Part shown: piece by piece, positions 14,051-27,052 of the stretch
Numbering within the stretch: the first letter of the stretch is position 1
Layout: each line of letters starts with the position of its first letter
NCBI GenBank assembly: GCA_964252035.1
Contig: OZ176200.1
Length of the DNA: 64,000 bases
Strand: one strand, 5' to 3'
From: Podarcis erhardii
Lineage: Eukaryota
Translations under genes and position numbers: made by a program
Notes under the pieces: model-generated
The model's database searches: none
The model's input: the letters and a program-made list of their open reading frames with translations, nothing else
Told to the model about the DNA's origin: nothing

Positions 14051-14422
14051 TAGGAATGGGCAAAAATATGTTCATTTTGGTTTCTCGGTTTCTCATGTTT
14101 CCAATCTTAAATTCTATTCTCCATGTCACCACATTAGTTTGCATTTTTTTAAAAAAAGTCCTCATGAAAATTTATCAGCATTTTGAGGCAACTTTCTCCT
14201 AATACCCTCATTTTTGTATACAATTTTGCTTACTATACACATTTTAGCAAAGCAAGTCTTCCTAATACATTGTATACTCTTTTCACTAACATATGCATTC
14301 TAATACACAATTTACCACAGGGTGCTCATGTTTCAAAGAATGGTTGTGTTTTGATTCACGCCATGTTTTGGAAACTGTGAACCTTTTAATGTGAACTGGA
14401 TTGCATTTCTCCCCCATTCCTA
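14051..14422. mobile_element. hAT-like non-autonomous element
   Basis: Perfect 10-bp TIR taggaatggg/cccattccta, but no TSD recovered. A related interior fragment appears in opposite orientation at ~21545-21720. Confidence 0.6.
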
Positions 14423-16184
14423 AATTGTACCTCTTGAAGACACACCTGAAAATCCTCAACAAGGGCACACAGGAGAGGGGTATTTTTAATCACCTTTTTA
14501 TTATTACACCACATTGTGGTGTAAAAATTATCTGTATCAATTCTCCTCTTGAAATCATTTCCCCAATAGTCACTAATATTCCAAATGTTTTCTGAATATT
14601 CACCAAACATTTGGGTTGGGATTTTTTTTTTTGCATTTGGCCTTTGATTAGGGTTGCATTCACACTGGAGTTTATTATATTTTCCTGACATTTGTCTAAC
14701 TATTAGTTTGCACATTGTATTTTAGCTTTCGCATGATGTAAAAGCCACTTCTGGGAAACCAAATGAATGAAATATAGCTCTAAATTTATCGCTCGTTTTA
14801 TTATACCAGAAGCAATCGGCTTGCACCTCACTTAAACTCAGAAAATCACAGGAGTTTTGCATTTCAATTCCATATGAAGTGTGAAAGGAACATTAGAAAA
14901 CAGGACAGAAGCACCAGCCTCATAATCTGTAAAACTAACAGAATAAAACTTACGTGTGAATGCATCTTGCGATTGGCTAGCTGAAGTGCAACTGTGATTT
15001 CGTGTCGGATCTCATCTGACTGCTGGTATGAAACTGTATTTGATAGGCTGGAGTTTCATATTTGATGCCTGCCGAAATCAAAACCATTAAGTGATGCAAC
15101 AAGTCCAAAGCATTCAAATTTTGAAGGGAGATTTCATGTTCCAAATGATGGATTTGGCAGTTTGGGGTAATGCCAAGCATTCTTTTAATCCAGAGTACTT
15201 TTATTCAAAGCTGGTTGGAACTGCTTAAAAACCCCCACAACCAATCAGGGACCAAAAACTATATTCCCCGCACTTCATGCTGTGAGGAAATCGCTGCGTG
15301 TGTTTTGGGAGGTGGGAGTGATTTAATGTGCACCCCATGGTTTCAGGGTGGGATTTCCATCCTACCACCAAGAAACTGTGACTGTTGGGCTGAAAGCATA
15401 AGTTGAAGAATGTATGCATGCAGCTATTGAGCTGGGGTTTGAATTGCAGATCAAAATCTCCTGCCCAGTCAAGCTGGTCGGACTGACAGACAAGTAAACT
15501 CTCCAGGATTTTTAAAGTGCCTGCTGGTTTGTGTGCTGCATGAGAGCATGAGGACGAAAGGTGGGCTTTCTCCATCCCACAATCCCCACTGAATTGTGCT
15601 GCAATTGTGGCAGTGGAACTTAGGCTGTCAAATAGCTGAGCAGGTGCAATGGGTTGGAATGTTCTGTTACTTAAGCAACTGAGTGGAGTTGTTATTGTTG
15701 TTGTTTTTCCTGTGAAGAAAGAGAAAGTTCATTGTCAGTCTTCTGGGATTAAACACAGAATTGTTGCAGGATGCGAGGAGGTCCCGGCAGGAAAGGAAGC
15801 TAAGGAACTGGGAGCCAGGGGCAAGGAGTCTGAAGGAAGCGTACAGAAAGGGCAATTGACTGAGAGGCAACTGAAGGAAAACAAAATGTAGAATGAGATA
15901 AGATGAAAGATCAGAGACAGGAAACTTAGGCAAAGGGCTAATAGGAGCCTCTTCAGTGTTTAAGATGAGGAGGAGCTACTGGATCCTTTGATTTTAGAGA
16001 ATACTAGGTGGGCTTTTGAAAATTGCTGTTGTTCCTTGTACTGTTGGTTCATTTTTTAGGCTTCATCTGCCTGGTGTAAGCAGCTTTGCATGGGGATTGC
16101 CTGGAAAAACAGCCTATTAATACATGCCTATTTTTATAGAGTGATATGCACTGCTATACAAATCTGGAGCATACATGTGTTTAA

Positions 16185-16597
16185 TGTTGTTGTTGTTGTT
16201 GTTGTTGTTGTTTAGTTGTTTCCGACTCTTCGTGACCCCATGGACCAGAGCACGCCAGGCACTTCTGTCTTCCACTGCCTCCTGCAGTTTGGTCAAACTC
16301 ATGCTGGTAGCTTCAAGAACACTGTCCAACCATCTCGTCCTCTGTCATCCCCTTCTCCTTGTGCCCTCCATCTTTCCCAACATCAGGGTCTTTTCCAGGG
16401 AGTCTTCTCTTCTCATGAGGTGGCCAAAGTATTGGAGCCTCAGCTTCAGGATCTGTCCTTCCAGTGAGCACTCAGGGCTGATTTCCTTCAGAATGGATAG
16501 GTTTGATCTTCTTGCAGTCCATGGGACTCTCAAGAGTCTCCTCCAGCACCATAATTCAAAAGCATCAATTCTTCGGCGATCTTTATGGTCCAGCTCT
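16185..16597 (-). mobile_element. Bov-B (RTE) LINE 3' fragment with expanded (AAC)n tail
   Basis: Near-identical to 11748-12111 (RVPWTARRSNLSILKEISPECSLEGQILKLRLQYFGHLMRR) and extends ~35 nt further toward the element's 5' end. Confidence 0.92.
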
Positions 16598-17277
16598 ACG
16601 GTCCAGCTTTATAGTCCAGTATTATATGTGTATAATACTATGCATATAATATGCGAGAATTCTTTGTATTTTTTAATGGAACTGGGGATGTGGGGGCTCA
16701 CTTCTAATCAAGATTAAGAAGCAAGATGGAAATTAGGAAGAAGCCCACATGGATAAGTTTGACATTGAGGTTTTCAGAAAATCCCATCCCTACTCGTGGA
16801 GGCAGAACTCAGTGAATAACACTCCACTGAGTTACAGAGATGCAAATGCAGGTGAGGCCACTAGGCTCATGTTACTGATGAGAAATCACTCAAACATCCA
16901 AAATTAGGACTAAAAGAATTCCCTTAAATCCCACATGCTGTTGACATAATCAGGTCTCTCAGAGAAGACCGAGACTTATAAGAAATTACCAACCCAGATC
17001 TCTTAACTCCTTGACTTTTGGGTAGCTTTCTTTAAAGGGAAATCATTAATTGCTGCTTTCATGCAACAGTTTGAAGCCTGACTCTCCTTGGGGGGGGGGG
17101 GCATTTTCTTTAGGCAGTAGGGATGGGAGCCAGGGGTGCCAACCTGAATAAAATATTGAGGGGGGCAGGTAAGCCCTGCCCCACATAATCAATTGCAATA
17201 TGCGACACACATACAACATTTAAATGGCAATTCAAGCTGTGGGGTGTGTGGAGAAACAGTCCCCCTTAAGCCTAATT

Positions 17278-17828
17278 TGTTATGTTGGAAGCTGCTAGAT
17301 ATTCCAGAGTAATGAAACTGAGTGCATATGTTCCTTGTCAGACTCTCAAGGCCAATGTTAAGGAAAATTGGTTAAGCAAGAACTTGCGGTGTGAGCAGGT
17401 GCTTGCTCCTTTAGCACAGGAGGGGTAAATGCCCATTTTCTCGAAGGCTCTACCAATTGGACATCCTGATTGGCTGCCTTGGGTTGTGAGACTTGGGGAA
17501 GCATTTGCTTATATTTGGGCTATTGTGTGGCAGCTCTCATTGCAAAGGGATAACTAGCACCTGTCATGATGCCAGACTGAAGTTTGCCCTCCAGCTCAAC
17601 TTCTAGTATTCTGTGTAATTGTTGCTTAATCTTTAGTCAGATAAGATACTTTTGGTGTTGTCTTTGCTTCTAAGTTGCTTTAACTTGTCTTGTTATTTGA
17701 AACCCCTTTTCTCCAACAAACCTTGTTTTTTAAATAGGTTATTTTATATATATATAATGAAGAACAGCTTCTTGTTTCCTGGATCCATTAAACATTGACT
17801 GCACCCTAAAAACAGGTCAGTCATGACA
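17278..17828 (+). mobile_element. Putative solo LTR nested in a hAT-like element (host 17131-17902)
   Basis: tgttatg...tcatgaca termini; it interrupts a G/C-run element whose halves flank it. No TSD recovered, and strand is tentative. Confidence 0.5.
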
Positions 17829-18346
17829 GGGCCTCCTGGCCCCCCTCTAATATTTTATTGGGGGGGCGAAGGGACCTCAGACCCTCAGGAGTTGCTCCTA
17901 TGGGAGAGACTGTCTCTTCTTTTCTGCACAATGCAACACGGAATGCATAGGGATCCTTTCTTCGGAAATTAGGGTCAATTTGCATAAACTTTAGCATAAA
18001 GTATCATATACAAGTACAACCCTGTGCTTGTTTATGCAAATGTAAGTCCCACTGTGTCCAATGGGACTAACTCCTGAGGACGTAGGATTCATATTGCTGT
18101 CTGAGGCGATATTGAGGTATCCGAGGACCATAGGAGAGACTGGATCTAGCTTCTGATTTTTCATGTCTGGCAGGGAAGCAAAAAGGATTTACAATGGTTC
18201 TCACTTTTAGCAGGCTTCTCAGTGCTGATAACAGGAGAGGAAAAGCTTCGGAGCCTTTGTTTGCTGATGTCAGTGATTGAGCTTTTATGTTGCCAACTCC
18301 CATCAACCCTGGCCAGTATGACCAAGGATCAAGGGTGTGAATTCTA

Positions 18347-18777
18347 TGTTAGAATTCCTGCTCCATGATTGCAGTCATGGGGTTTTTGTGTTTCACATGA
18401 TGGTATATGTTTTGACTCCACAGAGTAGGAAGTGACAGAGGCAGGATGTTTGTGTTACTGTGTTCCGTGAAGTGGGACTATTGTCCTTTGTTCTTTTTCC
18501 TCTTTGCTGTCTGATGCTAGAGAGAGAGGGAGCCATGTTGCAGTGCTCCATGTGTCTTTATATGTAAATAAAGTAGATTAGCCAAAATGCTGAGTTGATG
18601 AGGTCTGTCACACAAGTTGCAAATATTCTGCAGATCCCTATGTGTGCTGGTGTTGGTTGGCATTGGTTGCTGTGATGTTCGGGCTAAAGGAAGCTTTTGA
18701 AGCTCCTGAACGATCGACCAGGAGGGAGAGAACATGCCAGCCAGGGTCCTACTTGAGTGTAGGCTGAACTCCTGACA
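18347..18777 (+). mobile_element. Putative solo LTR (431 bp) nested in a palindromic MITE (host 18271-18822)
   Basis: tgttagaa...tcctgaca termini, internal AATAAA (~18567) and degenerate 5-bp TSD ttcta/accta. The MITE sequence rejoins as attcta|gtccagc. Confidence 0.6.
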
Positions 18778-20489
18778 ACCTAGTCCAGCCACTTCTGGAG
18801 GACACCAGTTGGACTACCACTGCATTGAAGGGTTTACCACCTTTCAGAGGTGAGAGCATGGCTGCTACCAAGACAGCAATGTAACATACCCTCCAACATT
18901 TCTCCAATGAAAATAGGGACGTCCTGTGTTAATTTACAACTTTGAAACAACACACTTGGAATTAAAGCACATGAGCATGTTGCATGGGAAATCTTCTGCC
19001 AAGGTTCTTGTTCAGTGACTTGGAGCTGTATAAGTAAGAGGGGCGTATTACTCCTATCACTCTTTCATGATCCAGAACCGTGGTTGCTTGAAATCTGAAA
19101 ATGTTTTAACTGGGAAAGTCACAACACAATGCCTAGGCTATATAAAGGCACATTGACATGCACAGATTGTTAAGTAATTTTAAAACATGATTGACCCAGT
19201 AGACATCTGGTTAGCAAGTAACGTGGATTACAACATGAATAGATTGCACAGTGGGAGGTTGAGCGGAATATAGCACAGATAGCTCTGACACAGGCAAATA
19301 TGGTTGCTATTAGTAACAAGTTAAATCTTTGCAACTCAAAGCCACCCAATATGAAGTCTCGCATTACACTAGGGAAAAAGGTGTTTTCAGTTGTTGACGT
19401 TTGAAAGTGGTAGTAACAATATTAAGGTTGCCTCAGTCTTTGAATGGAAAAATGACAGATGATTAAATTAATTCCTGCTGCACATCAGTGCTATTGGAGG
19501 GGGGTGGGTGGAATGGGGAGACTTGTATGAAGACTGCAGGAAGAGCAGGAGACTAACCTGTATGGTGTAGCTATTTCATCGTTCAGGCAAGAGAGTATTG
19601 GTTGAAATAATCAAATAAGTACTTTGCAGTTAAGATGGATGAACTAAGAGGAGGAAGACACTCTTCCCAGTCAGTGGCAGAGCACATGCCCATGCTGCCC
19701 AGGGCGGGTGAGCTCCCGAGGGGGGCGGGGGGCAGAGGGTGCCCTCCCAGGATAGCCGCTCGGGTGCACGGAGCGGCACGCGTGCCCTGCAGCCAGGGGT
19801 GGAGCAAGCCACCCATGGCGGACATTCAGCACGCCACCTGCCCACGACTCCCAAGCCTCCCCCAAGCTGTCAAAATGAAGGAGGAAGGGGTGAATGCCAT
19901 CAGCAAAGCAGCGCAGCTCCCCCCTTGCCCTGACAGCAATAGTAGGCTTGGGAGTTGTGGGCAGGCGGCACGCCAAATGTTACCCCCCTCAGCAAAGACA
20001 TCTGGGGCAGTCCGGCCCCACTGCACCCCCTTCCTTCACCCCTGTTCCCAGTGCACATGCCACAAACTCACTCACTATTTTCATATGGGTCTGTGATGCT
20101 GCCCAAATGCGGCCAATCAGGGATAGTAAAGACGGAGCTATGAATGTTTTGCTCTCCCTCCAGGGTGGCCAGTCTATAACTAGTCTAGATATTACACTCA
20201 CCTGTTTCCCACTTCCTGACCCAGTTGGCAGAAGCTAACTGTGTTTCCCTGCCCTCAGCCACAACCTCATGGATTTTGGGCTGTGACAGCTAACCACATT
20301 TTATTATTATTTGCCATATTTTCTTATATGTTGGACCCAACTCATGCAGGGAGTTATGCCTCACACACTGGGATGGAAAATGTGCCTTGGGAATACTCAT
20401 CACTCTGGCAAAGCTAACATCCAAACTGGAAAACTCACAAGATAGCTCCAACTTACCCTGGTTATATACTCCAGCTATGCTAACAACAG

Positions 20490-20573
20490 AGACGCGGGTG
20501 GCACTGTGGGTTAAACCACAGAGCCTAGGACTTGCTGACTGGACCTAACGGTCAGGGGTCCCTTTACCTTTAC
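20490..20573 (+). mobile_element. Internally deleted Sauria SINE (84 bp, head fused to tail)
   Basis: Head gacgcgggtggcactgtgggttaaaccacagagcctaggacttgctga joined to tail ctggacctaacggtcaggggtccctttacctttac. 15-bp TSD ctatgctaacaacag (20475-20489, 20574-20588). Confidence 0.88.
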
Positions 20574-21167
20574 CTATGCTAACAACAGCATGGTTCCAAC
20601 AAGGTGAAACTATGGCCCAGAACAGGGCTACCAAGTGATTTTTAAAGGCCCCACTCCCCTGAATTTACTAGTGGAAGATTGGATGGCTTCACTGGCAGCT
20701 TCAGCAGTAGCACAGAGCAACAGTCTGCTATTCAGAGCTGGCTGGAGCAATCTGGAGCTGTGCTCCGATCTGCTCCAATGTTTCCTGAGTGTTGACAAAG
20801 CATCTGAGCAGATTGGAGTGCTCGTTCTTGTTTCTGGAGCAGAGCACTCTCACCTCCTCTTAATGTCAGTGGGTTGTTCGCCCCCACAGAAGTCGTCACC
20901 ACCACCTCTTTTAACTGGATTGCCTCTCGTTGTTCACAATAGTTTCCCTCATCCCACCACCGCTGCTGATCTCAAGCGTGTGACTGGGAATCGTGGCAAC
21001 TCAGAATTGTAGATTTTGAAGAGACCATGATGACGTTCATATAGTCCAACCCTCTGGGGAGTGTAGAGGGTAAATGCATGTGTGGTGAGGAGGGATGGGG
21101 GAGAAAGTGCAGACCTAATCTGCACTTTCCCAAAGATGCGAACCAAAACACAGCCATCAAGCCGAAT

Positions 21168-21529
21168 AGGTAAAGGTAAAGGGACCCCTGACCATTAGGT
21201 CCAGTCGTGACCAACTCTGGGGTTGCGCGCTCATCTCGCTCTATAGGCCGAGGGAGCTGGCGTTTGTCTGCAGACAGCTTATGGGGCATGTGGCCAGCAT
21301 GACTAAGCCGCTTCTGACGAACCAGAGCAGCGCACAGAAACGCCGTTTACCTTCCCACCGGAGCAGTACCTATTTATCTATTTGCACTTTGATGGGCTTT
21401 TGAACAGCTAGGTTGGCAGGAGCAGGGACCAAACAACGGGAGCTCACCCCGTCGCGGGGATTCGAACCGCCAACCTTCTGATCGGCAAGTCCTAGGCTCT
21501 GTGGTTTAACCTACAGCGCCACCCGCGTC
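21168..21529 (-). mobile_element. Sauria SINE, full length
   Basis: Reverse complement of the 4737-5090 element. 14-bp TSD ccatcaagccgaat (21154-21167, 21530-21543). Confidence 0.92.
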
Positions 21530-23360
21530 CCATCAAGCCGAATTCTGTGTGCCAAAAAGTATATACTAGGGTAAAATGTGCATATAAATGCATATATTAG
21601 TGAAAACACGCATTTTATCAGGGGTAGTGGCTTTGTATATTAGGCAAAGTTGCATAGAATAATGTGTATGTTAGGAGAAATTAGCAGTAAAATGCTGGTG
21701 GGTTTCCCCGAGGACTTTAAAAAGTAATAATTGCAAGCTAATGTGGAAATCTGAGCATAAGACCAGGGGACGGGGATGAACTGAACTGTGACTATAATAC
21801 TGGTGCTAAAAGAGGTTAAGTGTCCCTGATTTAAACCATCTCTGCATGGTTTTGATTGCATCCCAATACCCATTTACCGGGGAGTAAGCCCCATTAAACT
21901 TGGTGGGATTTGCATTTGAGAACATACGTAGAGGGGACTGAGCTACATCAGAGAAGAAAATCTTAGATTTCTCACCATTGGCGTTGTGCAGTTCCTCACC
22001 ATTTGTGGAAATGGCAAAGTGCACCTGGGATTAATTGGTCTGCTATTTTACATTCAAAAATCGAGGCAACTTTCAGGTTTCAGTCCCTCTTTTAAATGTC
22101 AGCATCTTTTTTTAAAAAAGTGTTGTACTCCACAGAAATTCATATGGAGAAATGGAGCTGGAGATAAGCGATTCACTAAAAGAAACAGGATATATAGGTT
22201 CTGAATAACTGACATTTGATCAAAGCTGCCAATCAACTTTCTTTTGGTGATGTATTTAAATCATGCAAATGGCATCAATTTCTATTACCTAACCATCTTC
22301 CATATAACAGAACTATGATCAATAGCAGGAGGGGGTAACCTTTTTCAGCCAGAGGGCTGCATTCCCAAATGTAGAGCCTTCTAGGTACCAGCTTCTTTAC
22401 CTGAAGCAAAAGTCATCAGCGCAATAAGTGTGATTCATCCCTTTGTACAGGAGGCTGAAATGCTATAAGTCAGCTTCCTATGTGCTCCAGTGACCAGGCA
22501 ACATAGAAATGCAAGGATCAGAAAATTCTGATCTGGCAATGATGATGATTGTCTAGATCTGCAGGGGGTAAGGCTGCCCACAATAATGGCCCATTTGCAT
22601 GCTGCTCTCTACAACTTGCCCCTGTTAAGCATAATAGATTTAATTGACACAAAAATGGAAAATGTATGTGTATTAATGAAGGTTCAACATGAGGAAAATC
22701 TATTTCTAACATTGGGTTGTTTCCACGGTAGGTTTCTAAAGGACTTTGAGTTGTAGCTAGTTAATGATTACCAGTTGATTCTTTCTCTACTCTGTGCTGA
22801 GAGTGAACCTTGGATCATGTGATGAAGGTACTGAGTTGCAAATCTACACTTTGAAAGGGGGTTGCCTTTGAGTCTTTGTCTCCTAAACTCCATGGAGTGA
22901 AAATGTAAATGAAGCTCTCCTGAAGAGAGAGTAAGCAGCCTAAGGCAATCATTGGAAGCTGGAATGCAGATTGTGGGGAGAGACAGACCTCTGCTTCTAG
23001 GTCTGAATGGGTTATTTCATATTTACTAAGATGCTGAGCCTGTGCCGGACAGCACAAGACTTTGCATGGATATTTTGGTTGCATCTTTAATGCTTATGTT
23101 CAGTTTTTGAACAGTTCTGCCAGCAAAACTTTGAATAACATTTTTATGGGCCTGGACAATGATTCCTTCCAAAAGGAGTCAGTTCTTATACTTCCAGTTG
23201 CTTCAAACAGTGCAATATTAATATCTGCAACAGACCCTAAATGCAGGCATGAAAGGATGACCCATACATGTTTTATTGGTGTAGAAAGCAGTCTTTCATT
23301 TGTCGATATGGCGCGGTGCACCAAGCAGACACACGGAAGTCTCAAAGTGGAGTTGCGCTT

Positions 23361-24200
23361 GAATCATAGAGTTGGAAGAGACCACAAGGGCCATCGAGTC
23401 CAACTCCCTGCCAAGCAGGAAACACCATCAGAGCACTCCTGACATATAGTTGTCAAGCCTCTGCTTAAAGACCTCCAAAGAAGGAGACTCCACCACACTC
23501 CTTGGCAGCAAATTCCACTGTCGAACAGCTCTTACTGTCAGGAAATTCTTCCTAATGTTTAGGTGGAATCTTCTTTCTTGTAGTTTGGAACCATTGCTCC
23601 GTGTCCGCTTCTCTGAAGCAGCAGAAAACAACCTTTCTCCCTCCTCTATGTGACATCCTTTTATATATTTGAACATGGCTATCATATCACCCCTTAACCT
23701 CCTCTTCTCCAGGCTAAACATGCCCAGCTCCCTTAGCCGTTCCTCATAGGGCATCATTTCCAGGTCTTTGACCATTTTGGTTGCCCTCCTCTGGACACGT
23801 TCCAGTTTGTCAGTGTCCTTCTTGAACTGTGGTGCCCAGAACTGGACACAGTACTCCAGGTGAGGTCTGACCAGAGCAGAATACAGTGGCACTATTACTT
23901 TCCTTGATCTAGATGCTATACTCCTATTGATGCAGCCCAGAATTGCATTGGCTTTTTTAGCTGCCGCGTCACACTGTTGGCTCATGTCAAGTTTGTGGTC
24001 AACCAAGACTCCTAGATCCTTTTCACATGTACTGCTCTCAAGCCAGGTGTCACCCATCTTGTAGTTGTGCCTCTCATTTTTTTTGCCCAAGTGCCATACT
24101 TTACATTTCTCCCTGTTAAAATTCATCTTGTTTGTTTTGGCCCAGTTCTCTAATCTGTCAAGGTCGTTTTGAAGTGTGATCCTGTCCTCTGGGGTGTTAG
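23361..24200 (-). mobile_element. 5'-truncated CR1 LINE (ORF2 C-terminus and 3'UTR)
   Basis: Uninterrupted frame QNDLDRLENWAKTNKMNFNREKCKV...LVRPHLEYCVQFWAP...RRLRGDMI...VESPSLEVFKQRLD, then the CR1 3' end ctcttccaactctatgattc. Confidence 0.95.
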
Positions 24201-25594
24201 ATCACACTGGGGGAGACATGACCATTTGAAAATGGTTGAAACTGCCTGAAAAATGAAAGAGAATGTTGTTAGGAATTAATTTTGTTTAGAGATGGGTAAT
24301 ATGTCCCTAAGGCACCATGCAGAACACTATGGATCCACAGAGCGATACAGGCCTCTCATGTGACCTAGGTGAGGTTATTTGTCCTTCTGCTAGACCAAGC
24401 AACAGTGGAAATGCCTTTTTATTATCTATAGAAGTAGCATCTTATAACTGGACACTGAATGTGTAGCTTTCCTCCACAGTGGTTGGCTCTTGTGATGGTG
24501 GGGGAAGTTTCTAGGGAGCTAAGTAAGTGCTGTGTTGTCATGCCCATCATGGTTACAGTTCCTCTTTTGTGCACTCACTTAGCTGCATTCCCACCATGCT
24601 GCTGCGAGATGTTGGTTATTGCTTGTGAGGTCACGCCAACCCATTTCTATCTGCTGCTGAGACATTCTGCGTCTTCATGTGCAAACATGATTTCACAGAT
24701 CATGACCATCTGTTGTTGCCACAATGAGCTAAATATCAGGCATTTAGCAACTGCAGTCCTTGAAAAGGATGCCATGCTTCACACACACACACACACTTCC
24801 ATGCAAGCAGTCATTTTAGCTTTTATGGAACAAAATGATGGATTGATTATTTTTTCTGCTCTTCAGCAGTAACAAAAAAAAGAGAGAGCTCCCAACTTGC
24901 AGTGAAAATTAGTAAGATGGAACTGCTCAGACTTACAGTCAAAGAGCTGTGGCATGAAAGGAAAGTCAATTGGGAGGGAGGAGGAAAAAACAAATCCAGG
25001 CAGTAATTATTTCTGATCTGACTATTACAGTGAATTGTCAAATATTGCTTCAATTAAAATGCTGTTATTTGTACTTTGACCCTTCACTTGAATTTGAACA
25101 CAGGCTTAAACCACAGGAATATACCAGTACGTGTATTCATAGGGACTCGCTATTTAAAATTTCCTTCTGGATCTGTTTTGAAACCATACCAATATGGTAT
25201 GTGAGGCATATTAGTATCTCACTTCCCAGGAGGCTCTATGCATTGGAGAATGCCAGATCTCTCTCTTTTTAGGTCAACCAACACGGACACTTTCCAAGCA
25301 GAAAATATAATTCAAAGTGACAGCTTTCCTAATAAACTTTCATGTTGGTCCAAAAACGTTTTACATTGAGGGGGGGGGGATTTTTTTGTTTGTTTTTGTT
25401 TTGCACATTTGCAGCCAAGCCCGTATGTTATAGTCCTTGAGCACCCCTCTAATACTCTGCTTTACCTATTCTATTTACCTATGATATCTCTCTGGAGGTG
25501 TTGTTTGGATTAATGAGTGTTTGAAGATTAAATCTATTACATTTATTAATTTTCATTTGTATACAGGTTATAGATTTTCTTTATGGGTATGCAT

Positions 25595-25644
<50 letters not shown>

Positions 25645-25658
25645 CCCCCCCCCTCTCT
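25595..25658. repeat. (CT)n plus poly-C homopyrimidine tract
   Basis: Direct reading. Confidence 0.9.
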
Positions 25659-26689
25659 GAATAGGTAAATTAATTTTTCAAATAACATAATGATTTTAAA
25701 AAAGAGGTTTTAGCACATGTTCGTGATCATGGTGTAGTTCCCACAAAGTTGGCCACTGGAGAATCATTATGTGTTCTCATTTAGGTGATACAGTCTGCTA
25801 GAATATTTCTGTTCACATAAGCATCTGTTCTACCAAAAATAGAAGTTTTATTTTTGCAATTTTCTTCTGCATTGCTCAACCCTTAAGAATAATTCAAGGA
25901 GAACACTGAGTGATATATAAACTTAGCCATACTTGGAAATCAATGGACTTATGTCTATTGATTTTGATGGGGTCTATTCTGGTAATCACCCATTCACTTC
26001 ATTGTATGATAGCTGCACTCTTCTCTTAAAGGAGAGTCAGTTTTTACTGTCCAATTATGATTGGAAGCTTGATGCGATTAGCAGTACAATAAATGCAATT
26101 ACTGGTTTAGCAGAACAAACTAGTGTATTATTTACCACTTGAGCTAAATTCTTCTTGGCAGGCAAGATCTTTCAAGTATACTGGGTACATTGTGCTGTTG
26201 ATATGGTAGTAAAAACAACTACAGGTGACCGAAATGCTTGCCTATTTCATGTGCATTGTGATTGTGACACCATGACAAATGGTTTTTTAAAAATGCTATA
26301 ATGGATCAGGCCAAAGAAGGCAGGAGAGAAACCACAGAGCAGATGCCAAACACCAGTCCCAAGTCGTTTTGCTCAGCATTGGAAAGCCCACGCACCAAAG
26401 TGAGAAACAAGAGGCAGACATAGCACTGCAGCTTGGATTTCCCACAGTTCTTTGCTGTTCTGCAATAAACAGCAGAATTCACAGGTGTAGCAATAGCCAT
26501 GCAGTAAGTAGGGGAACTGCAGTTGCTTTCTCCTGTGAGCCATGTGCGAATGTTCAGGGTTGCAGGAGAGGATATATTGTTTATTTACTTAGCAGAGTTT
26601 ACACTCTCCTTTTACATGCTGAGCAGATAGCTGGTTGCAAGCTCGTGTGAGCTTCACACTATTATGCAATTCAGTCTGTCTCAGATTGA

Positions 26690-27052
26690 ATTGTGTGTTC
26701 CTGGTAAGTTCCCTTTAATCCCCCTTAAAAGAATAAAGATGCAACAATCTTATTCAAAGTCAATAAAAGAAGTTTACTTACATCAGTTCACAGTGTGATC
26801 CCTGAAGGCAGACTTAGTTACAAATATGTACATGTGGATCTACCCCATATGGGGAATAATCCCAGTGTTCTGCTAGCAGAGCAGTCCTAGCTAAAAACTG
26901 GTCAAACAAAGAGAGAGGTGTGCTGCGTGACTTGTCCTTTTGATACCTGGACAGGTTAGGTCACGGTCACTTTCTATCACATGCAAAAGGAAGAATGCTG
27001 CAGCCAGGAGGTAAAGGAAGTTTCAACTGGCTGGACCAAACATTCCCTCACA
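26690..27052. mobile_element. Possible solo LTR or DIRS-type terminal repeat
   Basis: TG...CA bounded segment with distinct composition; boundaries uncertain. Confidence 0.3.

Noticed and set aside
16175-16717. 180-aa plus-strand ORF with poly-Leu
   Set aside because: Antisense reading of Bov-B; the poly-Leu comes from the (TTG)n tail.
23428-24126. 232-aa ORF as a host gene
   Set aside because: It is the CR1 ORF2 C-terminus; the Met is internal to the element's frame.
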